From Octopus bimaculoides (taxonomy: Eukaryota), in contig NC_068996.1 of the NCBI RefSeq assembly GCF_001194135.2, forward strand, positions 25,536,166 to 25,586,979: DNA of 50,814 bases, read 5' to 3'. Under the pieces are notes generated by a model. It did no database searches and was not told the origin of the DNA. It saw nothing but the letters and a program-made list of their open reading frames with translations. Shown here piece after piece: positions 23,192 to 34,808 of the stretch. Made by a program: the position numbers and the translations under genes. Position 1 is the stretch's first letter, and every line of letters starts with the position of its first letter.

Positions 23192-23429
23192 ATATATATA
23201 TATGTAACATAATGTACAACTTCCCTTTCAATCATGTCTAACCTAGTACCAGAATGCATCATACTTTCACTAATTGTTTTCAGTGTTTATGTACATATGA
23301 GCAAACACATATAACCCCTCTCAGTCACCACTCCCCCACACCACCACCACCACCACCACCACTGCCTTTTGATCCAGCAGAACATCCAGGATTTGACTTG
23401 TGAATAAAAGGAGAGTGAAAAGGAGGGCA

Positions 23430-23570
23430 GGAACAGTAGTGAAAGGCAGGATGAAAAGCAAAATTGGTGCTGATGATTTGAACCCAGAACACACAGAACT
23501 GGAACAAATATCACAATGCATTCCGTCAAATGCTATACCAATTCTGTTGAAGTGCATTGAAACTAACATG
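23430..23570 (-). mobile_element. Degenerate copy of the SINE seen at 46662-46894
   Basis: Minus strand gggttcaaatc...ttttgcttttcatcctgcc resembles gagttcaaattcc...ctttgcctttcatccttt. Confidence 0.55.
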
Positions 23571-24249
23571 TCTGAAATGTTGGCTGCTTTACTTGTCATG
23601 CAGAATCAGCTCATCCTCTACCCCACCCCTCACACCACCATCTTTTCCTCCTCCTCCTCCTCCTGTAATTTTATGCCCTTATTTATAGGGAACAGCTTTT
23701 CTCTTATGTCTGTTTCACTAATTACATGACTATATTCAAAGTTTTATCTCTTTTATTTTAGATTTTTCAAAGTTTCTTATTAGCTTTCTACAATTGGATT
23801 GGAATAATAGACTTCCTAAATCCATATCTGAGGTTTCTAGATCTTGACAGTCTCATTTTCAAAAATGTGTTGAATACATTTGGCATCTCTGTTGTTTCTT
23901 ATATACTGAACAAATTCATGTAAACTTTTTCACCAAACGTTTCTTTGAAACTGTTAACATTATGCTCCAATCGTCACTCTTTGATTTGTTTGTTATAGTC
24001 AATACATACATAAATGATTGCATGCATGCATCAATCCATCCATCCATTCATACATGCATATAAATGGAACAGACAAGAGAAGAGAGGTGAAAGAATAGAT
24101 GTTTATTCCATTTGTTTACAGCTGTTTCATAACCTTGTTATATAATAGATATTACACCAACATTTGCACATATAAGTGTACTGAGAAGTAAACTAACAGA
24201 CTAGCATTATGAATGATATATTGAATCCCTATTATTACTATGTATGTAT

Positions 24250-24910
24250 ATATATATATAAAAACAAATAGTAAATGAGTATATGCATATATACGTACAG
24301 GTATGTGCATACCGACATCCACCTGTATGTATAGGTGCATATCTGGGTACAGGACATTGCAAACAAACGTAGACGAGAACACACAAGCCACATAGAGAAC
24401 ATTCTCCTTCATCAGCCACCCACGTTTTAACACCGGCGTTTCGACGAGCTTGGGCAGGACGCATCGCTAAAACGGCTCGTCCCATGGATCGCAGATTAAA
24501 TTTGTATACGCAAATTAAATCTAGCCATGGAGGAATGTAGTGGCGGACAAAAAACAAGACAGGAAAACAAACAGAAAAGGCNNNNNNNNNNNGACCCGAG
24601 AGGGACAAAGTGGTGCGTGCGTTGCTTGGCGAAAGCCAAGGAAGGAAAGGATTATTGACCGGAAGCATGTGACCATGCCGGTGTAAAGGGAAGAGAGAGA
24701 AACAGAGGGAGGAAGTAGAAGAATAGGTGAGCAACGAGAGGAAAAGAGAAAGAGAGGAAAAACGAGGGGGAAAAAGAGATACGTAGTAGTAACAGAGGAA
24801 GAACGAGAGGGGTAAAGCGAGATACGTAGTAGTACAGAGGAAGAACGAGGGGGGGAAGGAAAGAGAAAGAGATAGAGTAGCGTCGGAGGATATGAGTTAC
24901 GAAAACTACT
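24250..24910 (-). repeat. Dispersed repeat family A, longest copy, with pyrimidine-rich upstream segment
   Basis: Matches 135-347 and 13560-13835, and extends across a 12-N gap into a CT-rich segment on the minus strand. Confidence 0.65.
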
Positions 24911-25179
24911 TACATTTGGAAGATGCTGCGTATGTGTATGTGTGTGTATGTATTGCATATGTATACAACAATACAAGCATTTATGTATATATGTGTATAC
25001 ATATGTAAGTATGTATGTGAGAGAGAGAGAGAGAGAGTGATAGAGATAGCTGGAGAGAGAGAGAGAGAGAGAGAGAGAGGAAGAGAGTTAGAGAAAGGAA
25101 GAAAGAGAGAGGTAGAAAGGGAAGTAAGAGAGAGAGAGAGAGAGAGAGAGACTATAACAGTATCATCAATTACCACAAA

Positions 25180-25733
25180 GCTCATTGAATGTGAAAATTT
25201 GTTTTCGAGACCTTTGGAAATATGAAGTTCGTGAGAAGACCCAGCAAGCCAAATGAGACCATAACCCATGGACTATGCCAGGGGTGTAGCCAGTCCACTT
25301 ATGCGTACCTTTCCTTCATTGGACACTAAACTCTGCTTGCGAAGACCTGTTGAAGCAAGTGAAATGGAAATGAAATTAAATTTGACAACTGGCACCCATG
25401 ATCGTTGCCAGAGCAGCTGACTGGCTTTCATGCTGGTGGAATGTGAAAAAACATTCGAGCAAGGTCGTTGCCAGTGTCGCTGGACTGGCACGTAAAAAAC
25501 ACCTTTTTGAGCGTAGCCGTTGCCAGTACCGCCTGACTGGCCTTCGTGCGGGTGACACGTAAAAGCACCCACTACACTCTCTGAGTGGTTGGCGTTAGGA
25601 AGGGCATCCAGCTGTAGAAACTCTGCCAAATCAGATTGGAGCCTAGTATAGCTATCTGGTTCACCAGTCCTCAGTCAAATCGTCCAACCCATGCTAGCAT
25701 GGAAAGCAGGCGTTAAACGATGATGATGATGAT
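25180..25733 (+). mobile_element. RTE LINE 3' UTR, near complete, with (GAT)n tail
   Basis: Collinear with the 3' UTR following the RTE ORF at 44095-44860 (reverse complement). Confidence 0.85.
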
Positions 25734-25989
25734 GTGTATTAGATAACTTGCTGCTTCATAACATGCACGCACATACATGCACGCACATACATGCACATAC
25801 ACATGCACACATACATGCATGCATGCACACACACATACACACATGCACGCACATACACACAACACAACTACATCTACAATTTATAACATGGAATTGTGTA
25901 TGCTATAATTTCATATACTTGTCTATAAATAATGGTAGGCCTGGGTGATAAATAGTAAGATTGATATTTTCTCAAATGGACAATCTCAC

Positions 25990-26160
25990 TTGAAAATTCT
26001 TACACATGTCACAGGCACAAGTGCCAGAAAAGCGACGCTGGGCACAGGTGCCATCCCAATTTCGCTTTCACTTGCCCCAATAAGTCTTCACAAGCTGAGT
26101 TTCGTGTCCAATGAAGGAGACAACGTTGGCATGGGTGCCAGTCGTCAAATTTAGTTGTCG
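25990..26160 (-). mobile_element. RTE 3' UTR internal fragment
   Basis: Matches 44475-44590 and 42195-42270. Confidence 0.7.
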
Positions 26161-26179
26161 AATTTTTAGATATTGAAAT

Positions 26180-26450
26180 CACATTGCCAGCTTTTGAAAA
26201 CTCCTTAAACAGCATGCAACATTACTGGCCAATTTCATCCTGCAACTCAAAGAAGAGAAGGTAAAATACGACCTGACCTGGTCAATAATTAGACACTCGA
26301 GTCCCTATAACACACTATCCCAGAAATGCCAGCTATGTTCCAAGGAATCGCTGTCTATACAGTTGACGAAAGAGATTATATAGAGATTTGCAAAATGCCT
26401 GCCCAGATGATTGCATGCACTTTCACAAAATACGATGGAAACCACACCTA
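26180..26450 (+). pseudogene. Fragment of a second PLE clade, GIY-YIG C-terminal tail
   Basis: HATLLANFILQLKEEKVKYDLTWSIIRHSSPYNTLSQKCQLCSKE fits the T-L-S-x-Y-I-W-x-L-K...WSI...PY...CxxCxxE pattern of PLE endonuclease tails (recalled pattern, not searched). Confidence 0.55.
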
Positions 26451-26665
26451 ACCAGTACAACTAAACACAAAAGTATAACCCCGACCATTTGAATTCACCA
26501 CTCAACCCCACTGAATTACAACCACATGAACAACAACCATGGAACCTATACCAAGGAAGAACCACATGGGAATGCTACATGTATTTAGGTACATTCATAT
26601 AGGACAGGTGAAGAATGCAGCCATAGGTCACTAGAGTATAGTTTAAAAAAAAAAACAACATAATA

Positions 26666-26835
26666 CGTGGGCTGATCAATAAGTATCCGAACTGTTGCCA
26701 CAGTAACGAAGCCAAAGCATGCAGAGTGAAGCCACTTGGCACAGATTGACCCTGAACTCCGCTGTGCATGTACACTAAGCCCCAACATTCCAGCTCACTT
26801 CCACTGTTTACAGCAGTAATTGGAAGGAATGTGCG
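26666..26835 (+). mobile_element. Probable Tc1/mariner terminal fragment
   Basis: TA followed by CGTGGGCTGATCAATAAGTATCC, resembling a mariner TIR. Confidence 0.4.
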
Positions 26836-26876
26836 CCAATTACTGCTGTAAACAGTGGAAGTGAGCTGGAATGTTG
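26783..26876. repeat. Perfect inverted repeat, 41-bp arms, 12-nt loop
   Basis: 26783-26823 is the exact reverse complement of 26836-26876. Confidence 0.95.
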
Positions 26877-26917
26877 ATATATATATATATATCAATATCT
26901 ATCTATCTATCTATCTA

Positions 26918-27038
<121 letters not shown>

Positions 27039-27724
27039 ATATTTATATATATCTATATATATCAGATATAATATGCATTATTATATACATACTGTACTTG
27101 AGAAAATCTGCTCATAACAACAAATGTGAGTTTCTAAAAGCATTTTGTCTATGCATGTATATGCTGGGTGCTGTCCTTGCACACATACTCCCCTGTGAAG
27201 CCCCTCTCTACCTCATCTCATCTCTCTACTCACTCCCTTCCCCCCACATCCCAGTTGTTCCTACATCTATACTGCCCTATCTTCTTGATGCACATTACAT
27301 CCCTTAATTCTTTGTGCTACAGTTCCTCCCTCCCTTCCTTTGCCACCTTCCCCCCTTTTCATCCTTCATTCTCATTATCATCTCCACCCACCTTCTTCTG
27401 CCATGTTGCATCTTAATACCTTGCATATCTGCTATCATTCCCAGTGCTCTCTTGTTTACTACCTCTATAGTTACCTCTTATGTATGTCTATCATGATCCC
27501 CATTGCTCCAATGCCTTGCACATCGTCTTCTCCACCCTGTACCACCATCCCTGAGCAACTGCTGTCTCTTTCTTCTTATCCATCCCCAACCCATACTGAT
27601 ATTTCCCTTCAAGCTGCACCTCCACTGCTGTTCATCACTCACTACACCCACTCTATTCCTATATTTAACCATCTGTTACTACCCGCTTCCAATGATCCAT
27701 TGTCCATCTCATCTCTTGCTTCTT

Positions 27725-28600
27725 GAGGCAAAACCTAGGGTGGAAGGCAGCAGCCACATAGCATTCCTCATCCACCAGGAGGGTCCTAAACCTTTTTTTG
27801 ATGCCTGCCAAAAGTGTGCCGACTAAGGGGCTGCAGTAGATGAGGCCTTTGGACTTCAAGTCCTTGAGCCAAAAGATTGTCACAGCAACTGTTGACAGCA
27901 GAGTCCCAAGGTAGGCTTGTTGCTTCCCCTGAATCTTGTCAAGCACTTTGGCCAGAGGTGACATGACCTGGAAATAAAATAATGGAGAATTAGCAAATTT
28001 TAGAAATTTAAATTTGTAGGGAAACAGACTAGTAAAAAATATATTGTCAAATCAAATATCAATTTTAATTTTATAATTTAGTATCTATAATATTATTTTA
28101 GTATTATATTAATAATTAATATACAATATAATATGTGTTTTGAAGGATTTATGATATAATATGTGTCATGTCTAGAAGCTGAAGTTCTTTAAGGTGTTCC
28201 AAATATTACATACTGGTTCTTGAGCACTAGTGATTGCTGCAGCCTCTAAAATATAATATTATATATAATATATATATTATAATAATATAATATTATTTTA
28301 TTATCAATTTATTACCTTGGCACACTCCTTCATTAAGTCGAAATTCTCAAACTGTTGACCTTCAACTGGGTCATGACTCTGTGGAGAACAGACCTCTTGT
28401 TCTCCAGGATGGTGTTGAGGACCACCACAGAGTCATAGGTGGAGTTCCACCCCATTGTGTTGGGGACAGCCAGCCACCTCACTGCCTCAGCATATATGCT
28501 GTCTGCTGCCACAGTACTGCAATTTTGCTGATTCCAGAAGGCACATGCCTTAATCATGGCAGCCCTGTAGGGCCTCCTGAACTATGCACTCTTTTTACCC
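27725..28600 (-). pseudogene. hAT transposase remnant with a GT-AG intron (27968-28315)
   Basis: PNTMGWNSTYDSV (RWNS-like), then LMKECAK|VMSPLAKVLDKIQG...CSPLVGTLLAGIKKRF...AAAFHPRF. Confidence 0.8.
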
Positions 28601-29344
28601 TTTTCTGGCTCTAAAAGCCTTTAAAACCCTAAAAAAAGGGTTTCCTGAAAGGGTTGACTGGAAATGAATTGAGCTGTAAAACATCATCTCTAAAAACACC
28701 TCATCCAGCATGGAGGTGGATGTTAAACGATGATGATGATGATGACAGTGAAAATTATGTTGATGACAGTGATGGTGATAAAGATGACGATGACGATGAC
28801 AATGATGATGACGATAATGACACCGACATCGCTGCCGATGATGATGATGATGCATATCTACAAGATGAGATTATTCAATGTAACCTTCCATTTTTTTCCC
28901 TTTTAATAAATTAAGTTGCGGCATTAATGCTCTGAAATTCTTTTTCCATCTATGTCTTTATTTTTTCCTTCCTAGAGTTATCAACCTGCAGATGTTGAAG
29001 GTTCAAGATGAGCATTGATGGCATTAATCTCACTGTTCTCAGGGATTTACAAAGATTATGGTCAGAGCTCTTTCTTTCTAATTAACCCATTAACTATCTT
29101 CCTACCTAAGAGATCCATTGCCAATGAATGGACACATGTTTAGAAACATTTTATGATTCCTTTAGAACTTGTAAATCTTTCAATAGCTTCCAAAGCTTGT
29201 CTTTATTAAGCCTTGTATATTTCGTGTGTGTTTTTTTTTACAACACTCATGCACTTTGGTTTTTAGATATTTAGCCCTAAGTAACTATAGTCCAACAAAC
29301 CTGTGATCAAAACCTGTGAAAAGTTTCCTGTTGGTAACATTTTT

Positions 29345-29670
29345 GTGAAGGCATGTGACTTACTGGTAAAGGTATTCAACTCGTGATCATGAGGTCATGG
29401 TTTCAATTCCTGGTGGTGCATTTTGTCTTTAAGCAAGGCATTTTATTTCACATTTCTCAAGTCCACTCAGCTGGTAAAAATGAGTAGTACCTGTAATTCA
29501 AAGGGCCAATCTTGTCACATTCTATGTCCCACAGAATCTCTCTGAGAAGTACATTAAGCATATACGTGTCTTGGTAGTACTCAGCCACTAGCATGTTAAT
29601 TTCACAAGCAGACTGCTCGATTGATCATATCATTTGGAACTTTCATTGTCATAACAGACAGAGTGCCAGT
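29345..29670 (+). mobile_element. SINE family 3
   Basis: tRNA-like head (gaggtcatggtttcaattcc), body shared with 1655-2027. Confidence 0.7.
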
Positions 29671-29714
29671 GCAAGTGTAATTAGGACTATATTATCTAAT
29701 AAGATCTTTTTCAT

Positions 29715-30670
29715 TGTTGGAATTGTCAAGCACCAAGTTAGACTTGATGTACTACGTCTGTGATCAAAGACGTTCCAGCTGTGACTATTACACCTTTTAT
29801 TCAGCTGTAGTATATCTAATAGAAAAGGTGCATGGCTCAGTGGTTAGAGTGTTGGGCTCACAATCATGAGGTTGCGAGTATGATTCCCAAACCGAGCTGC
29901 GTGTTGTGTTCTTGAGCAAAACACTTTATTTCATGTTGCTCCAGTTCATTGAACTGTAGAAATGAGTTGTGATGTCTCTAATGCCAAGCTGTTTTGGCCT
30001 TTGCCTTTCCCTTGGATAACATTAGTGGCATGGAGAGGGGATACTGGTATGCATGGGCAACTGCTGATCTTCCATAAACAACCTTGCCTGGACTTGTGTC
30101 TCAGAGGAGAACTTTCTAGATGCAATCCCATGATTATTTGTGACTGAAGGTTTTTTTTTAGTATATCTAGGACTATAACTGTATAATAAATACTTCCTTA
30201 TTGTTGTTTAGCACCAAGTCAGACTTGATCCAGCAGACTTATGATTAGACATTCCAGCTGTGATCATCCCATCTTTTATTCAGCTGTAGTGTAACTAGTG
30301 TCATCTTATCTAATGAGTCTTTTGTTGTTGTTGTGGTGGTTCTTGATATTGTTTAGTCCAGGTCAAACTTGATCCAACAGACCAATAATTAAAGAATGTT
30401 CCAGCCATGACCATCACATATTTTATTCAGATGTCATTTATCCAGAACCGTATTATCTTTCCTTGTTGCTGTTGTATTATTTGACCCCATATAGACCTGT
30501 TCCAGAAGACTAAGGATCAAAGGTGTTCTAGCTGTAACTATTTCATCTTTTAATTTAGACATAGTGTACCTACAACTAATATATTCCCTTGTTACTGTTG
30601 CTATCATTTAACCCTATGCAATCCCGATTCTGTAGACCAAGGATCAATGATGTTCTAGGTATGACAAGGT
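29715..30670 (-). repeat. Head-to-tail array of about 5 diverged 120-140-bp family B units, interrupted by a SINE
   Basis: Recurring (ttg)n...gacttgatc...atcaaag..gttccagc..tgac.atc...ttttattcag at about 29715, 30200, 30320, 30460 and 30590. Confidence 0.7.
29825..30150 (+). mobile_element. tRNA-derived SINE (family 3-related head)
   Basis: TGGCTCAGTGGTTAG A box and gtgttgtgttcttgagcaaaacactttatttc. Confidence 0.75.
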
Positions 30671-30877
30671 TTTCTTACTGCTATGAAAAGTGAGTTCTGT
30701 TTTTGGTGGACCCTTTCTTTGAAAGAATGCTAAGTGTAGTTTAGACAATTTACTTTAGATCAGTGGTTTAACCTTTTCATACTTTTGTAGTTTAATAATT
30801 CCCTTCATGAAGGGACATTTGTGAAATACATCATTGCTACATTAAAAAAAAAAAAAAAGCAACTATGAGAAAAACCA

Positions 30878-31215
30878 AACCCCTTTCCCCATTTCAATTC
30901 TTTTGTTTCCATATTTCTACTGAAATGCCCTGTGTTTGTTTCATTTAATTTTGAAAATAATGAAGAATATAGTAAAATAACTTTGTCATTATTAAGTTGG
31001 AATTTGGAACATAAATTAACATGAAACTTTGATGGAAAGTTTTAATTCAGATCACTTTAACCTTTTAGATACCATATCAGTTTTGAAACACTGCCTAAGT
31101 TTCAATTAATTTTGAAAATAATGAAAAATATAGTAAAATAACTTTGTAATTGTTAAGCTGTTATCTGGAACACAAATTAACATACAGTTTTGATGGATGG
31201 TTTTAATTTAGATCA
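30878..31215 (+). repeat. AT-rich MITE-like repeat with an internal tandem duplication of ~170 bp
   Basis: tttcatttaattttgaaaataatgaagaatatagtaaaataactttg... occurs twice. Related pieces lie at 32905-33005 (minus) and 34280-34410. Confidence 0.6.
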
Positions 31216-31420
31216 TCAACATCATTTAACATCTGCTTTCCATTCTGGCATGGGTTGGATGGTTTGGCAGGAGCTACCCAGGCATGTTTTTTTTTGTTTT
31301 TACGAATGGATGCCCTTCCTAATGCTAACCACTCTGCAGAGTTGACTGAGTGCTTATTAAGTGGCACCAGCACAGGTGAGGTCAGCTTTGACATGGTTTT
31401 TACAGCTCGATGCCCTTCCA
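31215..31420 (-). mobile_element. RTE 3' UTR fragment
   Basis: catcatttaacatctgctttccattctggcatgggttgg...ggatgcccttcctaatgc. Confidence 0.7.
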
Positions 31421-31767
31421 AATACCAACTACTTTACTTAGATAACTTTAAAAACAAGAAGTTTGTATCATAAAACCAGGGGCAGTTTTGAGCAGGCTCA
31501 GATCAAAGGAGTCAATAAAATAGAAGCAACACTGTGAATGGGAACTTGGATCTCTGTGTATTTAATATAAAGAGATTCCTAAGGACAAGTTTCTTTTCTT
31601 GAACTGGAGGACACTACATGCTCTGGATAGAGTTGCTTTTGTGTAGACAGGCATATTTTCTGTTATATTGTTCTACACATATTTTTATAGTTCTTCATTC
31701 AGCATTTGTCTCTTTTTAGATGTTTATGTGAACTAGTGCCTCTTATGTTAAATTTTCAGGAGTGGCA

Positions 31768-31913
31768 GTGTGGTAAGAAGTTTGCTTCACAACCACATGG
31801 TTCTGGGTTCAGTCCCACTGCATGGTTTCTTAGGCAAGTGTCTTCTACTATAGCTTCGGGTCATCCAGTGTCTTGTGAGTGGATTTGGCAGAAAGAAACT
31901 GAAAGAAGCCTGT

Positions 31914-31971
<58 letters not shown>

Positions 31972-32240
31972 CGTGCGTGTGTGCGCGTGCATATGTGCGT
32001 GCATGTGTGTACATGTCTTTATGTCTGAGTTTGACCCCCACTGCTGCTTGATAACCAGTGTCGGTGTGTTTACATCTCCCTAACTTAGTGGTTTGACAAA
32101 AGAGACTGATAGAATAAGTACCAAGCTTTCAAAAGGAAAAAAGTACTGGGGGTTGATTCATTCAACTAAAAATTCTTCAAGGTGGTGCCTCAGCATGGCG
32201 GCAGTCTAATGACTGAAACAAGTAAAAGACAAAAGATAGG
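31768..32240 (+). mobile_element. SINE family 1, full length, with internal (TG)n
   Basis: Head ggagtggcagtgtggtaag through tail gactgaaacaagtaaaagac. Confidence 0.85.
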
Positions 32241-32629
32241 GAGAGGACTCATATAAAGAAATTATAAAGAGACGTTGGCACATCATCAGTTGAGTTTTCC
32301 GTCTACTGACAACACAATTTTCTATTGATACTTTAGTCCTGGCAAATACTTCTTTCTTTCATTCTTTTTTAAACTATGTTTAACTCTTTTGATACCAACC
32401 TGGTGGAGACAGCTCCTGGCTTTGACACAAATTTCCTGTTTTAAAGTGATCTTAATTAAAACCTTCTGACATATTTCAAGTTAATTTTTGATCCAAATAC
32501 CAGTTTTATATATGTATAGAACAATATAACTGAAAATATGTCAGTCTGCCAGACAGTAGCTCAATCTGGCATGGGTGGTATCTTTCACTTTGACAAAGAA
32601 ACCTGTCCATGTGGATCTCTTTATATTAA

Positions 32630-32851
32630 CCCTTTAGCATTTAAATTTCTCTGTCAAATACAATGCTTATTTATTCACATTGTTTTGAATTAATCATGCA
32701 TTACATTATTGCTCTGAGATTTTGATGACACATTGCTTATTTTTAGAATAACATTAAAGCAGAGGTGTAAGAGGCCAAAATCTAACTGATTTGAACATAA
32801 AACAGGTAGGATATATTTTGGTTGAATATGGCCAGTTTATATGCTAAAGGT
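32630..32851. mobile_element. piggyBac-like MITE
   Basis: TTAA|CCCTTTAGCAT ... ATGCTAAAGGT|TTAA. Confidence 0.65.
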
Positions 32852-33059
32852 TTAAATACATTGAGATCCAAGTTCCCATCCATGATGCTGCTTGTGTTTT
32901 ATTGTCAAAGTTAATTTACTAAAATGTTCATTATTTTCATAATTAATTGAAACAAAGGCTGTTGTGTTTTTTTTTAAAGAAACATGGTAATAAAATGGTT
33001 AAAATGTAAATATTATACCTGGTTTAATATTCTTTTTATGAGAAAATTCACAATAAGTG

Positions 33060-33493
33060 CAGGAGTGGCTGTGTGGTAAGAAGCTTGCTTTCCAAACACA
33101 TGGTTCCCAATTCAGTCTCACTACATGGCACCTTGGGCAAGTGTCTTCTACTATAGCCTCAGGCTGACCAAAGCCTTATGAATGGATTTTGGAAGATGGA
33201 GAATGAAAGAAGCCCATCATATATATGTGTGTGTGTGTGTGTTTCTGTGTGTGTGTGTGTGTGTCTGTGTTTGTGTGTTTGTGTTTCTTCCTCACCACTG
33301 CTTGACAACCGGTGTTGGTATGTTTATGTCTCCATAACTTTGTGGTTCAGCAAAAGAGACCAATAGAGTAAGTACCAGGCTTAAGAAATAAAGAAAAATG
33401 TATTGGGGACGATTCATTTGACTAAAATTCTTCGAGGCAATGCTCCAGCATGGTTGCAGTCTAATGACTGAAATGAATAAAAGAATAAAAGAA
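33060..33493 (+). mobile_element. SINE family 1, full length
   Basis: Head with GGCACCTTGGGCAAGTGTC, (TG)n centre and AAAAGAAT tail. Confidence 0.9.
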
Positions 33494-33834
33494 GCCCTTG
33501 TAAATACCCAGCGCACCACTGCAACCCCTCCATGATAGTTGCCACTCCCTTTGTGAGCTCACAGTACCTTTAAGGGAATATTGTTGCCCTAGTTAGAAAC
33601 TACCGTTTTAGGTATTCATGACTAAGCCACTTTTGAGGTGTGTTTGAAGCAGAGAGTAAATCAAAATTTGTATAACATTAATAATGTTATTAAGATATAA
33701 GTAAAATTATTTTATGCTCTTAAAGAAAGTCAAATTCACAAAATATATTCAAATATGTTCAAATATATTCAGTAGAAATTGAAGAGAGGTTAGTATCAGT
33801 AATAGACAAATCGGCAAAGAGCCCCAAACTGAGA

Positions 33835-34040
33835 CATGTTGTTGTTGCTGCTGTTGTTGTTATTGTTGTTGTTGTTATTGTTGTTGTTGTTGCTGCTTCT
33901 GTCTAGTTCCAGGTCAGTCTTAATGGAGCAGGTCTTTAATCAAAAGCTAGTTACAGGGATCAACTTGTCTCTTTTTTTTCTTCAGGCATTGTGTACGTAG
34001 GACTAGGTTATCCAATGTGACCCTTTTATGACAATAAGTC
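33835..34040 (-). repeat. Family B tail copy
   Basis: (gtt)n...ccaggtcagtcttaatggagcaggtctttaatcaaaag. Confidence 0.5.
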
Positions 34041-34808
34041 AGAGGTGAGAGAAGTCATATTAAAGTTAGTTGCTGTGAAACTATGAAGTCATGCTATGAA
34101 ATCATATTAAAGTTAGTTGCTGTGAAACAAGGCAAAATAAGGGCTTTTATTTTTATATAAAATATAAACATTCGCACAAACTCTATAAAAACAAATGTGG
34201 CAGAGTTTTGAAACAAAAGGAAAAAAGCAGCCCAACTATAACTTAATTATTAAAAAAAATTTCTTCAGATTCCTGTTTTAACTCTTTTGTTACCATATTT
34301 ATCATTTCTACTGAAATACACTATCTTCGTTTCAATTCATTTTGTAAACAATGACGAATTTAGTAAAATAATTGTTATTAGGCTGGTGTTTGGAAGATAA
34401 ATTAACACACACATGCACATACGCACACATGTGCATGTGTGCATCTATACACACACAAACACACACATACATTGCTCTTCTTATCAAACATGGCTAATAC
34501 TCATAGTTAAAATGCTTTTATTAACATTCCTCACTGGTTGATAAACAAGTTATCATTGGCCATAATAAAGTGTACAATATATGAGGCTTCATTTTTTTTT
34601 TTTAACATGAAGAAAATTATACAGAGAAAAGCTGCATGTGCGTGTGTGTTTCTTTACAGTGTAGAGAGGTGAGTATATTTACTGGTATAAAAGCTCTGAA
34701 CCATTGGTGGAAACTGAAGGTTATGAAAAGGCTAGATATATTGAGTTGTTTTCTCATAAGTAAGTTCACAACAACCTGTAATGCTCATTAATTAGCATCT
34801 GTCTAAAT

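Noticed and set aside
23321-23599. Minus ORF with a Cys pair and hydrophobic tail suggesting a Ly6/GPI-type C-terminus
   Set aside because: The DNA is a degenerate copy of the family 2 SINE plus a CT-rich tract.
24400-24460. Type II hammerhead reading (GAAAC before CTGATGA) in family A
   Set aside because: The segment between the cleavage triplet and CTGATGA cannot form stem I in the three copies.
24625-24640. CTTGGC-GAAA-GCCAAG GNRA hairpin
   Set aside because: A single 6-bp stem on the strand opposite to the inferred family orientation, too short to support a function alone.
25340-25385. CTGTTGA...GAAA in the RTE 3' UTR resembling a hammerhead core
   Set aside because: No stem I partner after the putative AUC/UH site and no credible stem II.
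28976-29065. Strong plus-strand splice acceptor (tttttttccttcctag-like tract)
   Set aside because: All three frames stop within about 45 nt and there is no good donor. A terminal or UTR exon cannot be excluded but is unsupported.
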